64,000 nt of DNA, taken from Eledone cirrhosa (taxonomy: Eukaryota). Below, one piece after another: positions 1 through 13,470 of this stretch; positions within the stretch are counted from its first letter, which is position 1, and every line of letters starts with the position of its first letter. The stretch spans positions 4,340,001 to 4,404,000 of the forward strand of contig OZ024760.1 of the NCBI GenBank assembly GCA_964016885.1, written 5' to 3'. The translations under genes were made by a program, and so were the position numbers. The notes beneath the pieces were generated by a model. That model had not been told where the DNA came from. It made no database searches and worked only from the letters and a program-made list of their open reading frames with translations.

Positions 1-558
1 AACTTACACATATTCATACAAACATCCACACACACACATACAAACATCCACACACATACACATACACCTATGCATAAATACATATATACATACACACACA
101 CACATACATACATAAACATTTACACACATACACACACATACCTACATATATGCGCATACAGATACACGTATACACACACACACATACATACATACACATA
201 CACGTATACACACGCACATACATACACATACACGTATACACACACATACATACACATACACGTATACACATATACACACACATACATGTACATAACTTCC
301 CTTCACAGCTTGTAGGCTGTTGTAGATCTCGGATACATTTCAATCGATTGATCAATCAATATCTCCCCCATTCCACCCCTTATCTCCTTCTCACTCTTTG
401 TGTGCATATATATATATATATATACACACATATATACACACACATACACACACACAAACACACATATATATATATATTTACACACACATATATATATATA
501 CATAAATATATATATATATATATATACATATATATATGTATATATTTATATATATATG

Positions 559-610
<52 letters not shown>

Positions 611-622
611 AATATATATATG

Positions 623-671
<49 letters not shown>

Positions 672-677
672 GTATAT

Positions 678-769
<92 letters not shown>

Positions 770-790
770 GTATATATATATATGTATATG

Positions 791-862
<72 letters not shown>

Positions 863-925
863 TATATATATATGTATATATATATATGTATATGTATATA
901 TATATGTATATGTATATGTATGTCT
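1..925. repeat. (CA)n/(TA)n compound microsatellite, representative of many such tracts (e.g. 2620-3290, 33560-35490, 59210-59560)
   Basis: Directly visible dinucleotide repeats; ORFs here translate to YI/HT/CV runs. Confidence 0.95.
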
Positions 926-1202
926 GATAGCATATTGCATAATATATGAAATATATCAATGTAATATGTGAACGCAAGCATGAAACTATGTGAATCTATA
1001 TGAGAATTGGATGTGTGTATATATATATATATATATATTTGTAGGTATATGTATATATATACATATATATATATATGTATATGTAGGCGTGCGGGTTAAT
1101 TATATCTATAAGGTTATATGTGTGTGTGTGTATATATTTATATATATATAATATTTATATGTATACATACACACACACACATGTATTATATATATATATA
1201 CA

Positions 1203-1278
1203 CAGGGTGTCCCAAAAAATGTATACACACTTCAACAGCATTCTAATCAAAGTGTGTATACATTTTTCGGACACCCTG
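1203..1278. mobile_element. ~76 bp MITE, Tc1/mariner-like termini
   Basis: CAGGGTGTCCCAAAAAATGTATACACAC...GTGTGTATACATTTTTCGGACACCCTG hairpin in TA context; related copies at 23328-23401 and 44701-44783. Confidence 0.7.
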
Positions 1279-1315
1279 TATATATACATATATATATATA
1301 CACAGGCACACACAA

Positions 1316-1361
<46 letters not shown>

Positions 1362-1390
1362 GATATTAACAAATATATATATCGTATATA

Positions 1391-1710
1391 TACGATATTA
1401 ACAAATGGAAACTATATTTATAAAACCATATTTATTTCATTATACATATTTCAAGGTTGCATTCTTTAAGGGTATGGTTGCATTCTTTAAGGGTATGTCA
1501 ATATTTATTTATAAAACTGATCTATATTATATTTTATCTGATGAAAGCACACCATAATTTAACTTGGTGTCCTTGAAATATGTATAATGAAATAAATATG
1601 GTTTTATAAATATAGTTTCCATTTGTTAATATCGTATTTTTACTCCAAATATTTGTTGAGTGCTTTATATCAGTTATAAAAATATTTACTTGTTGTATCC
1701 CAACAATTTA
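1391..1710 (+). mobile_element. Penelope-like pseudo-LTR remnant with inverted partial copy
   Basis: 1391-1456 is the reverse complement of 1571-1636; contains a hammerhead at 1531-1593. Confidence 0.65.
1531..1593 (+). ncRNA. Type I hammerhead ribozyme (minimal stem III)
   Basis: ATTTTAT-CTGATGA-aagcacacc..ggtgtcctt-GAAA-TATGTA-TA-ATGAAAT; stems I and II pair. Confidence 0.75.
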
Positions 1711-1745
1711 AATAGAACTTTTACATATATATATATATATATATG

Positions 1746-1950
1746 TGGGGGGGGGCACCCTTATATCTGTACATGTGTACACATATCTGAAGGGTGTATA
1801 TGTTGCGTATATATATATAGATAGATATATGTATATATATGTATATATATATATATGATAGATAGATAGATATATAGATATATACGCAACACATACACTC
1901 TTCAGATATGTGTACACATGTACAGATATAAGGGTGTCCCCCCCCCCCCC
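1746..1950. repeat. Inverted repeat flanked by G and C runs
   Basis: CACCCTTATATCTGTACATGTGTACACATATCTGAAG... mirrored at ~1880-1937. Confidence 0.7.
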
Positions 1951-2637
1951 CACACACACACAAATACATTAAATGCATTAAAAATGTAACGTCACAATGT
2001 ATGAATGTAAGCTGCAAGTGGGAAACTAATGTGTATGTCTGTGTATATGTGTGTAGCTGTGTATCTGTGTGTGTATGTGCCTATGTGTCTGTGTGTATGT
2101 GTGCCTGTGTGTCTGTGCCTGTATATCTGTGTGTATGTGTGCCTATGTGTCTATGCCTGTATATCTGTGTGTATATGTGCCTGTGTAAGTGTGTATATGT
2201 GTGTAGCTGTATGTCTGTGTGTATATGTGTATATGTATATGTGTGTATATGTGTATATGTATATGTGGGTATCTGTGTGTGTATGTGCCTTTGTGTCTGT
2301 GTGTATATATGTGTATAGCTGTGTGCCTGTGAGTATATGTGTATATATGTATATGTGTCTGTGTGTATATATTTGTATAGCTGTGTGCCTGTGAGTATAT
2401 ATGTATATGTGTCTGTGTGTATATAAGTGTATAGCTGAGTGTCTGTGTGTATATATGTGTATAGCTGAGTGCCTGTGTCTGTGTGTCTAAACCCTGAGGA
2501 CCTAAGTTTACACACCATATAAATTGATTACAACAATTATTCAAAGGTAAATTGAATCTGAGTGTTGTCATAGCATGGATATCGCTTGCTACCCACAATT
2601 TATACACACATATATATATATCCACACACACACACAT

Positions 2638-2689
<52 letters not shown>

Positions 2690-2789
2690 ATATATATACA
2701 CACACACATACACATGTACATATGTTTATATCAATATTCATATCTCTAACTTCTCACACACCCCTCTCTCTCTCTCTGTATATACACAC

Positions 2790-3099
<310 letters not shown>

Positions 3100-3103
3100 T
3101 GTG

Positions 3104-3141
<38 letters not shown>

Positions 3142-3205
3142 CATGTATATATATATATATATATAAATATATATGTATATATGTATATATATATATATAT
3201 ACATG

Positions 3206-3289
<84 letters not shown>

Positions 3290-3291
<2 letters not shown>

Positions 3292-3757
3292 GTATAGGAT
3301 TATCCAAGATGTAGTAATGGTTAATTACTACACTGGATATGGTTGACGTACGGTAAGAGGTTACTCTACGAGTTATGGAAGAATTGTTCAAGAAACTTAG
3401 TTCCTGATCCTTCAGTATTCCGGAGTGTATATAAAGAATGAATAATAACAGGTAGACATCATAAAAAGGTAGTTTATTCCGTGTGCTTACAAGTGTTTCC
3501 ACGGTGGTACTGCAGCCTAGTTCCGCTACGTGCAAATTCACAAGTATTTGCAGAACTCGAATATCCAATGCTGTGACCACTGTTTCCTCAGAGCAGAGGA
3601 AACAGTGGTCACAGCATTGGATATTCGAGTTCTGCAAATACTTGTGAATTTGCACGTAGCGGAACTAGGCTGCAGTACCACCGTGGAAACACTTGTAAGC
3701 ACACGGAATAAACTACCTTTTTATGATGTCTACCTGTTATTATTCATTCTTTATATA
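3290..3757 (-). mobile_element. Penelope-like pseudo-LTR remnant forming a ~330 bp near-perfect palindrome
   Basis: Arms 3428-3589 and 3596-3757 are reverse complements with a 6-nt spacer; hammerhead on the minus strand followed by AATAAA. Confidence 0.7.
3484..3595 (-). ncRNA. Hammerhead ribozyme with extended stem II
   Basis: Minus strand: TGCT-CTGAGGA-aacaGTGGT...ACCACcgtg-GAAA-CACTTG-TA-AGCA. Confidence 0.65.
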
Positions 3758-3769
3758 TATATATATATA

Positions 3770-4967
<1,198 letters not shown>

Positions 4968-5040
4968 GTATATATATGTATATATATGTATATATATATA
5001 TATGTATATGTATATATATGTATATATATATATATGTATA

Positions 5041-5072
<32 letters not shown>

Positions 5073-5336
5073 AACGGAAAAAATGAAACAAAATTTCATT
5101 TCCCACTCTTAGTACGGCTGTTACTTAAATATAAGTATGTACACGTACATACATATATGTATACAGACGTACAGTAGTATGTATATATATATATACATAC
5201 ATGCACACATATATGTGTACGTATGGATTCACCGAACATTTATTATAATGCTCGGTGTGTTTGTAAACAAACATCCCGTATTAAGCCGTAGTGTCTAGCA
5301 ACCATCGTTGCTCGTTTGTTCAACACTGACAAAGGA

Positions 5337-5379
5337 ACGCTGTACTAGTTTCAAGCTTATTAGCTATCGTCAGCAACGT
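5337..5379 (-). ncRNA. Minimal type I hammerhead ribozyme, unit 1
   Basis: Minus: ACGTTG-CTGACGA-tAGCTaataAGCTt-GAAA-CTAG-TA-CAGCGT. Confidence 0.85.
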
Positions 5380-5754
5380 ATACCTTCCCGCCAGATTGTT
5401 GAACGTATATACTTACTTTATGCATATTAACGGCTGAGTAGCCCAATTTGCATATCGAGTGGGTTAATCGGCCGGGTGCACCGAAAACGATAAACGGAAA
5501 AAATGAAACGAAATTTCATTTCCCACTCTTAGTACGGCTGTTACTTAAATATAAGTATGTACACGTACATACATATATGTATACAGACGTACAGTAGTAT
5601 GTATATATATATACATACATGCACACATATATATGTACGTATGGATTCACCGAACATTTATTATAATGCTCGGTGTGTTTGTAAACAAACATCCCGTATT
5701 AAGCCGTAGTGTCTAGCAACCATCGTTGCTCGTTTGTTCAACACTGACAAAGGA

Positions 5755-5797
5755 ACGCTGTACTAGTTTCAAGCTTATTAGCTATCGTCAGCAACGT
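5755..5797 (-). ncRNA. Minimal type I hammerhead ribozyme, unit 2
   Basis: Same motif 418 bp from unit 1. Confidence 0.85.
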
Positions 5798-6175
5798 ATA
5801 CCTTCCCGCCAGATTGTTGAACGTATATACTTACTTTATGCATATTAACGGCTGAGTAGCCCAATTTGCATATCGAGTGGGTTAATCGGCCGGGTGCACC
5901 GAAAACGATAAACGGAAAAAATGAAACGAAATTTCATTTCCCACTCTTAGTACGGCTGTTACTTAAATATAAGTATGTACACGTACATACATATATGTAT
6001 ACAGACGTACAGTAGTATGTATATATATATACATACATGCACACATATATATATGTACGTATGGATTCACCGAACATTTATTATAATGCTCGGTGTGTTT
6101 GTAAACAAACATCCCGTATTAAGCCGTAGTGTCTAGCAACCATCGTTGCTCGTTTGTTCAACACTGACAAAGGAT

Positions 6176-6216
6176 CGCTGTACTAGTTTCTAGCTTATTA
6201 GCTATCGTCAGCAACG
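6176..6216 (-). ncRNA. Minimal type I hammerhead ribozyme, unit 3
   Basis: Same motif; stem II reads TAGCTaataAGCTA (one extra pair). Confidence 0.85.
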
Positions 6217-6291
6217 TATACCTTCCTGCCAGATTGTTGAACGTATATACTTACCTTATGCATATTAACGGCTGAGTAGCCCAATTTGCAT

Positions 6292-6353
6292 AAATTTAGT
6301 CCAGAATTAGCCGTCGAAACGGCTTGAGCTCAGCCGTCGGGGTCCTACTCGTT

Positions 6354-6356
<3 letters not shown>
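6292..6356 (+). mobile_element. Truncated pseudo-LTR fragment carrying a hammerhead 3' half (family H)
   Basis: GCCGTC-GAAA-CGGCTtgagctcAGCCG-TC-GGGGTCC; ends TTCC|TATA. Confidence 0.6.
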
Positions 6357-6406
<50 letters not shown>

Positions 6407-6429
6407 GTATATATATATGTATATGTATA

Positions 6430-6470
<41 letters not shown>

Positions 6471-6552
6471 GTTATTCCGGGTTGAATCGGAGGTAACCAC
6501 AGTAAGTAAGGTACTCAATACATAGCAGAGTATAACAGTTTTAATATAGATG

Positions 6553-6603
6553 AGATTCTACAGGACTAGAACTGTTTCATTCATTAGAAATCATCAGGAA
6601 TCT
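6553..6603 (-). ncRNA. Type I hammerhead ribozyme
   Basis: Minus: AGATTC-CTGATGA-tTTCtaatGAAt-GAAA-CAGttctagtcCTG-TA-GAATCT. Confidence 0.85.
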
Positions 6604-7159
6604 AAACGTTTGTATATGTATAATAAAGCCAAAACAATGCAGGTATGGACATAGAATAAGAATGCAAATGCAAAAGATATTGTTGACAATTAGTCTTTTA
6701 CCTTAGATTTATTTAAATGTCCTTAATTTTCGAGATAATATCTCTTCTTCAGAGGGAAGTAAAGCTCTCAAACCAGTGTTCTAAATAGCTTGCCAAGTCA
6801 TGCTGACAGGAAATGGTATAGAGTATCTGTTCTATCTCTAATGTCAAAGAGTTAAAATTAGGTGGATAAAGAGTAGTCTCCCTTTAAAAGGGGTTTGTTT
6901 TTGTTTTTTTTTGTTTTTTTTATACATGCCTGTTTAAGTGTGTGGGAGAATGCATGAAGGTGTAAGTATGTGAGTGTGTATGTGTGAGTGTGAGAAGATA
7001 TGCCTATTCGTAAATGTGGGGGGTAGGTGTTATCTGGTGTTAGAACTGGTTTTGTGTGTGTATGTGTGAGAGAGAATAAGTGGAGGTGTAAGCGTGTGTG
7101 TGTGTATGCGTGCGTGCGTGTGTGGGGGGGGGGGTGTAAATATGGGGCTAGAAGCTCTA

Positions 7160-7742
7160 TCAGGTTATAAATTGGGTGTTGAGTTCTAGTCTATTATTGA
7201 TTGGTGGTTGTGTTTTATCTATAATTAGTGCTTCCTTAATTCTAAGATTGCCGAGGTTTCTTTCCTTAGTTTCTATCCTAACTGTTATGGTTTTGTCGGT
7301 GTTTTTGCATTTAACTAGGTGTTTCTTAAATGAGGAAGCGTTAGTATTGAGGTGTTCTTTTATTCTTATGTGGAGTGGTCTGGTGGTGCTACCTACGTAG
7401 AAGTTGTTGCATTTGTCACACTCTAGTCTGTATACGACGTAAGCCTGGTGGCATATGTCTGTGTCGTTGATGGGGCAGTTGGCTAGTCTGCAGCAGTTGT
7501 CATATCTGGTGGAGTGTCTTTTGGTTAACTGTCCGCGTAGAGAAGGACCTGAGTGGGCCAGTTGGATATCTAGTCCCTCTCGTCTGATAGCTCTGCGGAT
7601 GGCTGTTGTTTCTTCACTGAAGCGTGGGAGCTTCAGGAAGCAAGTGTTAGTGCCTCGGGTGTGGTGTCCTCTGTTCTTTCTGGCACAGTTTGTGGTGGAT
7701 GACGTGTATCCGTTCAGTTTGAGTACTTCCAGGAAATGTGTG

Positions 7743-7743
<1 letters not shown>
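7160..7743 (-). pseudogene. C-terminal GIY-YIG endonuclease fragment of a Penelope-like ORF (no start codon, absent from the ORF track)
   Basis: Manual translation: LKLNGY...CRLANCPINDTDICHQAYVVYRLECDKCNNFYVGSTTRPLHIRIKEH...LRIKEALII..QPPIN; stop TGA at 7160-7162. Confidence 0.85.
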
Positions 7744-7825
<82 letters not shown>

Positions 7826-7876
7826 AGTTTCAGAAGATCCCGTTAAGGGTGAAAGCAGCGATTCTTTGCTTAAACT
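7826..7876 (+). ncRNA. Solo hammerhead-like motif with variant core CAGAAGA
   Basis: AGTTT-CAGAAGA-tCCCgttaaGGGt-GAAA-GCAgcgattcttTGC-TT-AAACT; all three stems pair. Confidence 0.6.
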
Positions 7877-7901
7877 TTAATCTGTTATTTTAATAAATAT
7901 A

Positions 7902-7934
<33 letters not shown>

Positions 7935-8048
7935 CATACACACACACATATAGATGTAAAGCCAAACATACATGTAAAGCCATAAATACATATACATATG
8001 CAGACACAGATATATAGGTGCATGTATATATGAATAAAGGAATACATA

Positions 8049-8145
<97 letters not shown>

Positions 8146-8169
8146 ATGTATGTATATATATATATATAT

Positions 8170-8300
8170 AACGAAGGAAATGTGGTAAGGAACCAGGTGG
8201 ACCATAACGCACCAAAGTACTCAATACTTAGGGTAGAAGAGTGGGTAATAGGAACGAGTAGGACCCCGACGGCTAATTCTGGACGGGGTCCTACTCGCTC

Positions 8301-8303
<3 letters not shown>
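8170..8303 (-). mobile_element. Family H pseudo-LTR fragment with short fold-back
   Basis: Homologous to 12596-12731; GGAACGAGTAGGACCCCG...CGGGGTCCTACTCGCTCC inverted. Confidence 0.6.
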
Positions 8304-8356
<53 letters not shown>

Positions 8357-8375
8357 ATGTGTGTGTGTGTGTGTG

Positions 8376-8421
<46 letters not shown>

Positions 8422-8436
8422 CACACACACACACAT

Positions 8437-8485
<49 letters not shown>

Positions 8486-8500
8486 CACACACACACACAT

Positions 8501-8559
<59 letters not shown>

Positions 8560-8769
8560 AACGGTAAGGAGAAACTCCAAGTAAACGAAAGGTTCTGCTT
8601 TATATAAATATTATTCTTTTCTACTGTGGTATTACGTATATTTTCACTGCTTTGTAGTTCACCCCAGGGAGAACCAGTAATTACCCATATATATATATAT
8701 ATCATATATATCATAAATATTATATATATATATATATATTATATATATTATATATTTATATGTATTATA

Positions 8770-8801
<32 letters not shown>

Positions 8802-8802
8802 G

Positions 8803-8992
8803 TGGGCGGTGGATTGGCAGTATCGGTAGAGGGTCGGACGCCATGCTTTCCAGCATAGTTACCTCCCTTTACGATCTGAGTTCAAATCCCGCCGAGGTTG
8901 ACTTTGCCTTTCATCCTTTCCGGGTCGATAAAATAAAGTACCAGTAATGCACTGGGTAATTGCTGGCCTTGTGCCTAAAGTAGAAACAATTA
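8803..8992 (+). mobile_element. tRNA-derived SINE (family S1)
   Basis: A-box-like TGGCAGTATCGG, B-box GAGTTCAAATCC, core GCCTTTCATCCTT.CGGGGTCGATAAAATAAAGTACC, tail GTAGAAACAATTAT; about 10 copies in the window. Confidence 0.8.
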
Positions 8993-9044
8993 TATATATT
9001 ATATATTTATATGTATTATATATATATATATTATATTATATATA

Positions 9045-9480
9045 ACTGAACCTCTACTCCTTGGAACGAAGACGGGAGAGATACGCAGTGATCTACATGT
9101 GGAAAATCCTGGAGGGACTAGCACCAAACTTTGGCATTGGGAGCTGGACCAACCGTCGAACAGGACGTCACTGTGTGGTGCCGAAGGTCCCGTCTTCCAC
9201 ATCTAGAATAAGGAGCAGATATTGCAAGCTGCCGAGGGATCTGAGAGATGTGCATGGTGTGGAGGTGGATGTCTTCAAGAAACGTCTCGACACCTTGCTA
9301 TCCAGGATCCCGGATGAGCCCACAACAAGGCACGAGGGCAGCAGGCCAGCAGCAACAAATTCCCTCTTACACCAGTGGCCAACCAATACAGGCTGGAGAT
9401 AAAATGTGTCGCAACAGGGGTGGTGCCCCAGCATGGCCTCAGCCGGATGGCTGGAACATGTAAAAGAGTAAAAGAGAATA
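9045..9480 (+). mobile_element. 3' fragment of a CR1-type LINE
   Basis: LYSLERRRERYAVIYMWKILEG...[25 protein letters not shown]; 3' tail GGTGCCCCAGCATGGCC...AAAAGAG also found solo at 9655-9707, 11917-11980, 44868-44932. Confidence 0.8.
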
Positions 9481-9844
9481 TATATTATATATATTATATA
9501 TTTATATGCATTACATATATATATATATATTATATATATATATGTGTGTATGTATATATAAATATATATGTAAATATATACATGTGTATGTATATTTACA
9601 TATGTACATATACATATATACACATATACATGTATATGTACATATATGTATATCTTTTACTCTTTTCCTTGTTCCAGCCATCCGGCTGGGGCCATGCTAG
9701 GGCACCGTAAATATATATATGCATATATGTGTGTGTGTGTGTGCGTGATAGCTCACCCCTATGCAGGTTTAGCTGGCCTCCTGCAAGGTATATCTCGTTG
9801 GAGGTGTCTTGGGTAATTTAATTATAGGGACTCCAGTCCCTATC

Positions 9845-9990
9845 ATCTCATTTCTACAGCTGAGTAAACTGGAGCAACGTGAAATAAAGTGTCTTGCTCA
9901 AGGAAACAACACATCACCTGGTCCGAGAATTGAACTCACAACCTTTCGATTGCAAGCCCAATGCTCTAACCACTAAGCCATGCGCCTTCG
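9845..9990 (-). mobile_element. tRNA-derived SINE fragment (family S2)
   Basis: Minus: TGGCTTAGTGG A-box, GAGTTCAATTC B-box, then TCCTTGAGCAAGACACTT core. Confidence 0.7.
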
Positions 9991-10227
9991 CATATATACG
10001 TATAAATATATGCACGTATACATACATACGTGCATATATACATGTGTATATATATATATATCAACAGAAAATGCCCACAGGATAACAGCTACATCAGACG
10101 AACACACAGCTGCATCACACGTGGTCAGCTTCCTTCTGGCATGCCATTTCGTACATTAAGATGTGATTGCACGTGTAACGTCAGTTTTAGCAACAAGCTT
10201 GGGAACCGCTTATTTATATATATATAT

Positions 10228-10310
10228 GAAACGGCCGGAGCTCAGCCGTCGGGGTCCCGAATTTTTCATATTACCCACTCTACTACCCCAAATATCGAGT
10301 ACTATGGTGA
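10228..10310 (+). mobile_element. Family H fragment starting at the hammerhead GAAA
   Basis: GAAACGGCCGGAGCTCAGCCGTCGGGGTCC...TTACCCACTCTACTACCC. Confidence 0.55.
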
Positions 10311-10399
10311 GTAATAGTCAAACCGCCTCCATTCATACATATTTTTATATATATCTACACACACACACATATATATATATTTATATATATACACACATA

Positions 10400-10475
<76 letters not shown>

Positions 10476-11263
10476 CGTTTGTGTGTGATAGAGAGGAATT
10501 GAGAAACAAATGTAGAGGAATAATCGACCCAAGAACTGAACTGGTATTTTTTTTTTATGGACTGTGAAAGGATATAAGTCATTGCTGACCTCAGAAGAAA
10601 TTGAATTCAAAACTCAGAAAACCGCAAAGAATACTACAAAACGCTCTACGGTTATCATTGCATTGTCTTTGGTGAAAACAGCTGAAATATAGTGGAATGT
10701 TCTGAATAGCTAAAGAAAGCCGTGGAATTTTCGAAATGACTTCTATACAGGGGCGGTGGAAGCATTTCTGAACTGGGAGGACCAAATTTGGTCATTTTAG
10801 TTGTAGTGATTAGTTTAGTTGTTATTATCAAATATCAACCAAGATATAAAAAACTTCCATATGAGATAAACATATGTACATAAATTGTAGCGAATATACA
10901 GTCAACACGATATTAAAATCAACATCTTGGGTTTAACTAAATTGATATAGTTGAAGGTTTTTGTCAATAAGTTTCATATTTTCATGAATTGTTGTCTCGT
11001 GTAATTTCAAGGTTACAATACATACATGCGCGCGTGCGCGTGTGGGTGTGCGTGTGTGTGTGTGTTTATATATGTATATATATGCGAAAATATATATGCG
11101 CTGATCGGCAGTGAAACATGTAATATGTGATTAAATATATATATGATGCAACACTGATTTTTGTTCCTTAATTATTATTATTGATATTCTGCTCCCCAAT
11201 AGCATCGAGTGTTCATCTTGGCATATTGCCTGTGAACGCAATCCCATTGCACCCTTACTTATA

Positions 11264-11300
<37 letters not shown>

Positions 11301-11350
11301 GTATATATGTGTGTGTGTATATATATATACAATACAACAGGAGGAACATA

Positions 11351-11404
11351 ATAGTACCACTGATGATGTTGCAGAGGTGCAACGAAAGAACTTTGTTAGA
11401 CTAT
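11351..11404 (+). ncRNA. Type I hammerhead ribozyme
   Basis: ATAGTacCA-CTGATGA-tGTTGCAgaggTGCAAC-GAAA-GAAC-TT-TGttagACTAT; perfect 6-bp stem II. Confidence 0.65.
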
Positions 11405-11582
11405 ATATATGTGTTTATGTCTATATTATTTTTGACCGTTGGTCAATCAATGGTAAACAGAGGACCGAAAGAATTAACTGTGGAGATATAAAAGATACAG
11501 AAGCGAAAGCCAACCAAACGGTGAGTGTGTTCTGTTATTATTTCTGGCAATATTATTACAACAATATGACCCTCCCTAAGTT

Positions 11583-11764
11583 TGTGGTAAGGAACCAGAT
11601 GGACCATAACGCACCAGAGTACTCAATACTTAGGGTAGTAGAGTTGGTAATAGGAAAAAGTATGACCCCGACGGCAGAGCTCAAGCCGTTTCGACGGCTA
11701 TTTCAGTCCAGAAATAGCCGTCGAAACGGCTTGAGCTCTGCCGTCGGGGTCATACTTTTTCCTA
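11583..11764 (-). mobile_element. Family H pseudo-LTR fragment with ~55 bp fold-back arms
   Basis: 11651-11704 is inverted at 11712-11764; both arms carry the hammerhead 3' half. Confidence 0.65.
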
Positions 11765-11797
11765 TATATATATATAATTGTGTGTATATATATATAA

Positions 11798-11877
<80 letters not shown>

Positions 11878-12011
11878 GTGTGTGCGTATATATATATATA
11901 TGTGTGTGTATATATATTCTCTTTTACTCTTTTACCTGTTTCAGCCATCCGGCTGAGGCCATGCTGGGGCACCGCCCTATATATATATGTGTGTGTGTGT
12001 GTATATATATA

Positions 12012-12044
<33 letters not shown>

Positions 12045-12064
12045 GTGTGTATATATATATATAC

Positions 12065-12110
<46 letters not shown>

Positions 12111-12347
12111 ATATATATATACATATATATATATATATGCGTGTATGTATATGCACACAGGTACGGTACGTTCTTATGCAAGAGTACATGTACACACCGA
12201 ACACACATACACACGTATATTACTCAATCTCTCAATGGACGTACTTTCCCGTGTGTCAGCCATCAAACTCTACAGGACATTCTCCACGTCACTGCTTCCT
12301 CTCACCCTCCACCACTCTCTCTCTTTCTACCCTACTCTTCCTCTCGT

Positions 12348-12382
<35 letters not shown>

Positions 12383-12474
12383 TCACTATATCTGTTTCTT
12401 CTCTATCTCTTTCTATTTTGTACTTTTCACTCTCCAAGACATTCTTGATTTCAATGTCTTTCTCCACCTCTCTA

Positions 12475-12731
<257 letters not shown>

Positions 12732-12744
12732 ATATATAAATATA

Positions 12745-12930
12745 TGGTGGATTGGCAGTATCGGTAGAGGGTCGGACGCCATGCTTTCCAGCATAGTTAC
12801 GTCCCTTTATGATCTGAGTTCAAATCCCGCCGAGGTTGACTTTGCCTTTCATCCTTACTGGGTCGATAAAATAAAGTACCAGTAATGCACTGGGTAATTT
12901 GCTGGCCTTGTGCCTAACGTAGAAACAGTT
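12745..12930 (+). mobile_element. SINE S1 copy
   Basis: Near-identical to 8803-8992. Confidence 0.8.
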
Positions 12931-12998
12931 ATATATAAATATATATATATATATACCAAGGTATCTATTTATCTATCTATCCATCTATATATATAAGC

Positions 12999-13045
12999 CT
13001 GATGATTTCCTTCGAATGAAACAGTTCTAGTCCTGTAGAAAGCAT
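12999..13045 (+). ncRNA. Solo hammerhead fragment (stem I incomplete)
   Basis: CTGATGA-tTTCcttcGAAt-GAAA-CAGTTCTAGTCCTG-TA; same family as 6553-6603. Confidence 0.6.
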
Positions 13046-13048
13046 TTC

Positions 13049-13079
<31 letters not shown>

Positions 13080-13149
13080 AAAACAACACTAACAGCACGA
13101 ACACCCCCTAAAAAAAAACACCCCACTGCCACCCCCAACAATAACAACA

Positions 13150-13470
13150 CTCCACCACCACCATATCTACACTCCAACATCACCACCACATCTACACTCC
13201 AACACCACCACATCTACACTCCAACACCACCACCACCACCACATCTACACTCCAACACCACCACCACCACAACATCTACACTCCAACACCACCACCACCA
13301 CCACCACATCTACACTCCAACACCACCACCACATCTACACTCCAACACCACCACCACCACCACATCTACACTCCAACACCACCACCACATATACACTCCA
13401 ACACCACCACCACCACCACATCTACACTCCAACACCAACACCACCACCACATCTACACTCCACACCAAAA
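13150..13470. repeat. Minisatellite (CCA)n-CATCTACACTCCAACA
   Basis: About 10 units of variable length. Confidence 0.9.

Larger units (their letters stand above)
5072..6291 (-). mobile_element. Retrozyme-like tandem array: ~2.9 copies of a 418-420 bp unit, each with a minimal hammerhead
   Basis: Units start ~5072, 5492, 5910 and are near-identical; no ORF; one hammerhead per unit. Confidence 0.8.
6470..7745 (-). mobile_element. 5'-truncated Penelope-like retroelement
   Basis: GIY-YIG reading frame followed by a 3' region with a hammerhead; flanked by (TA)n. Confidence 0.8.

Noticed and set aside
2490-2600. CTGAGGA as a possible hammerhead start
   Set aside because: No GAAA, stem III or stem I partner found
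9920-9990. tRNA gene-like sequence (also ~58245-58310)
   Set aside because: A/B boxes present but no full cloverleaf; continues into a SINE body
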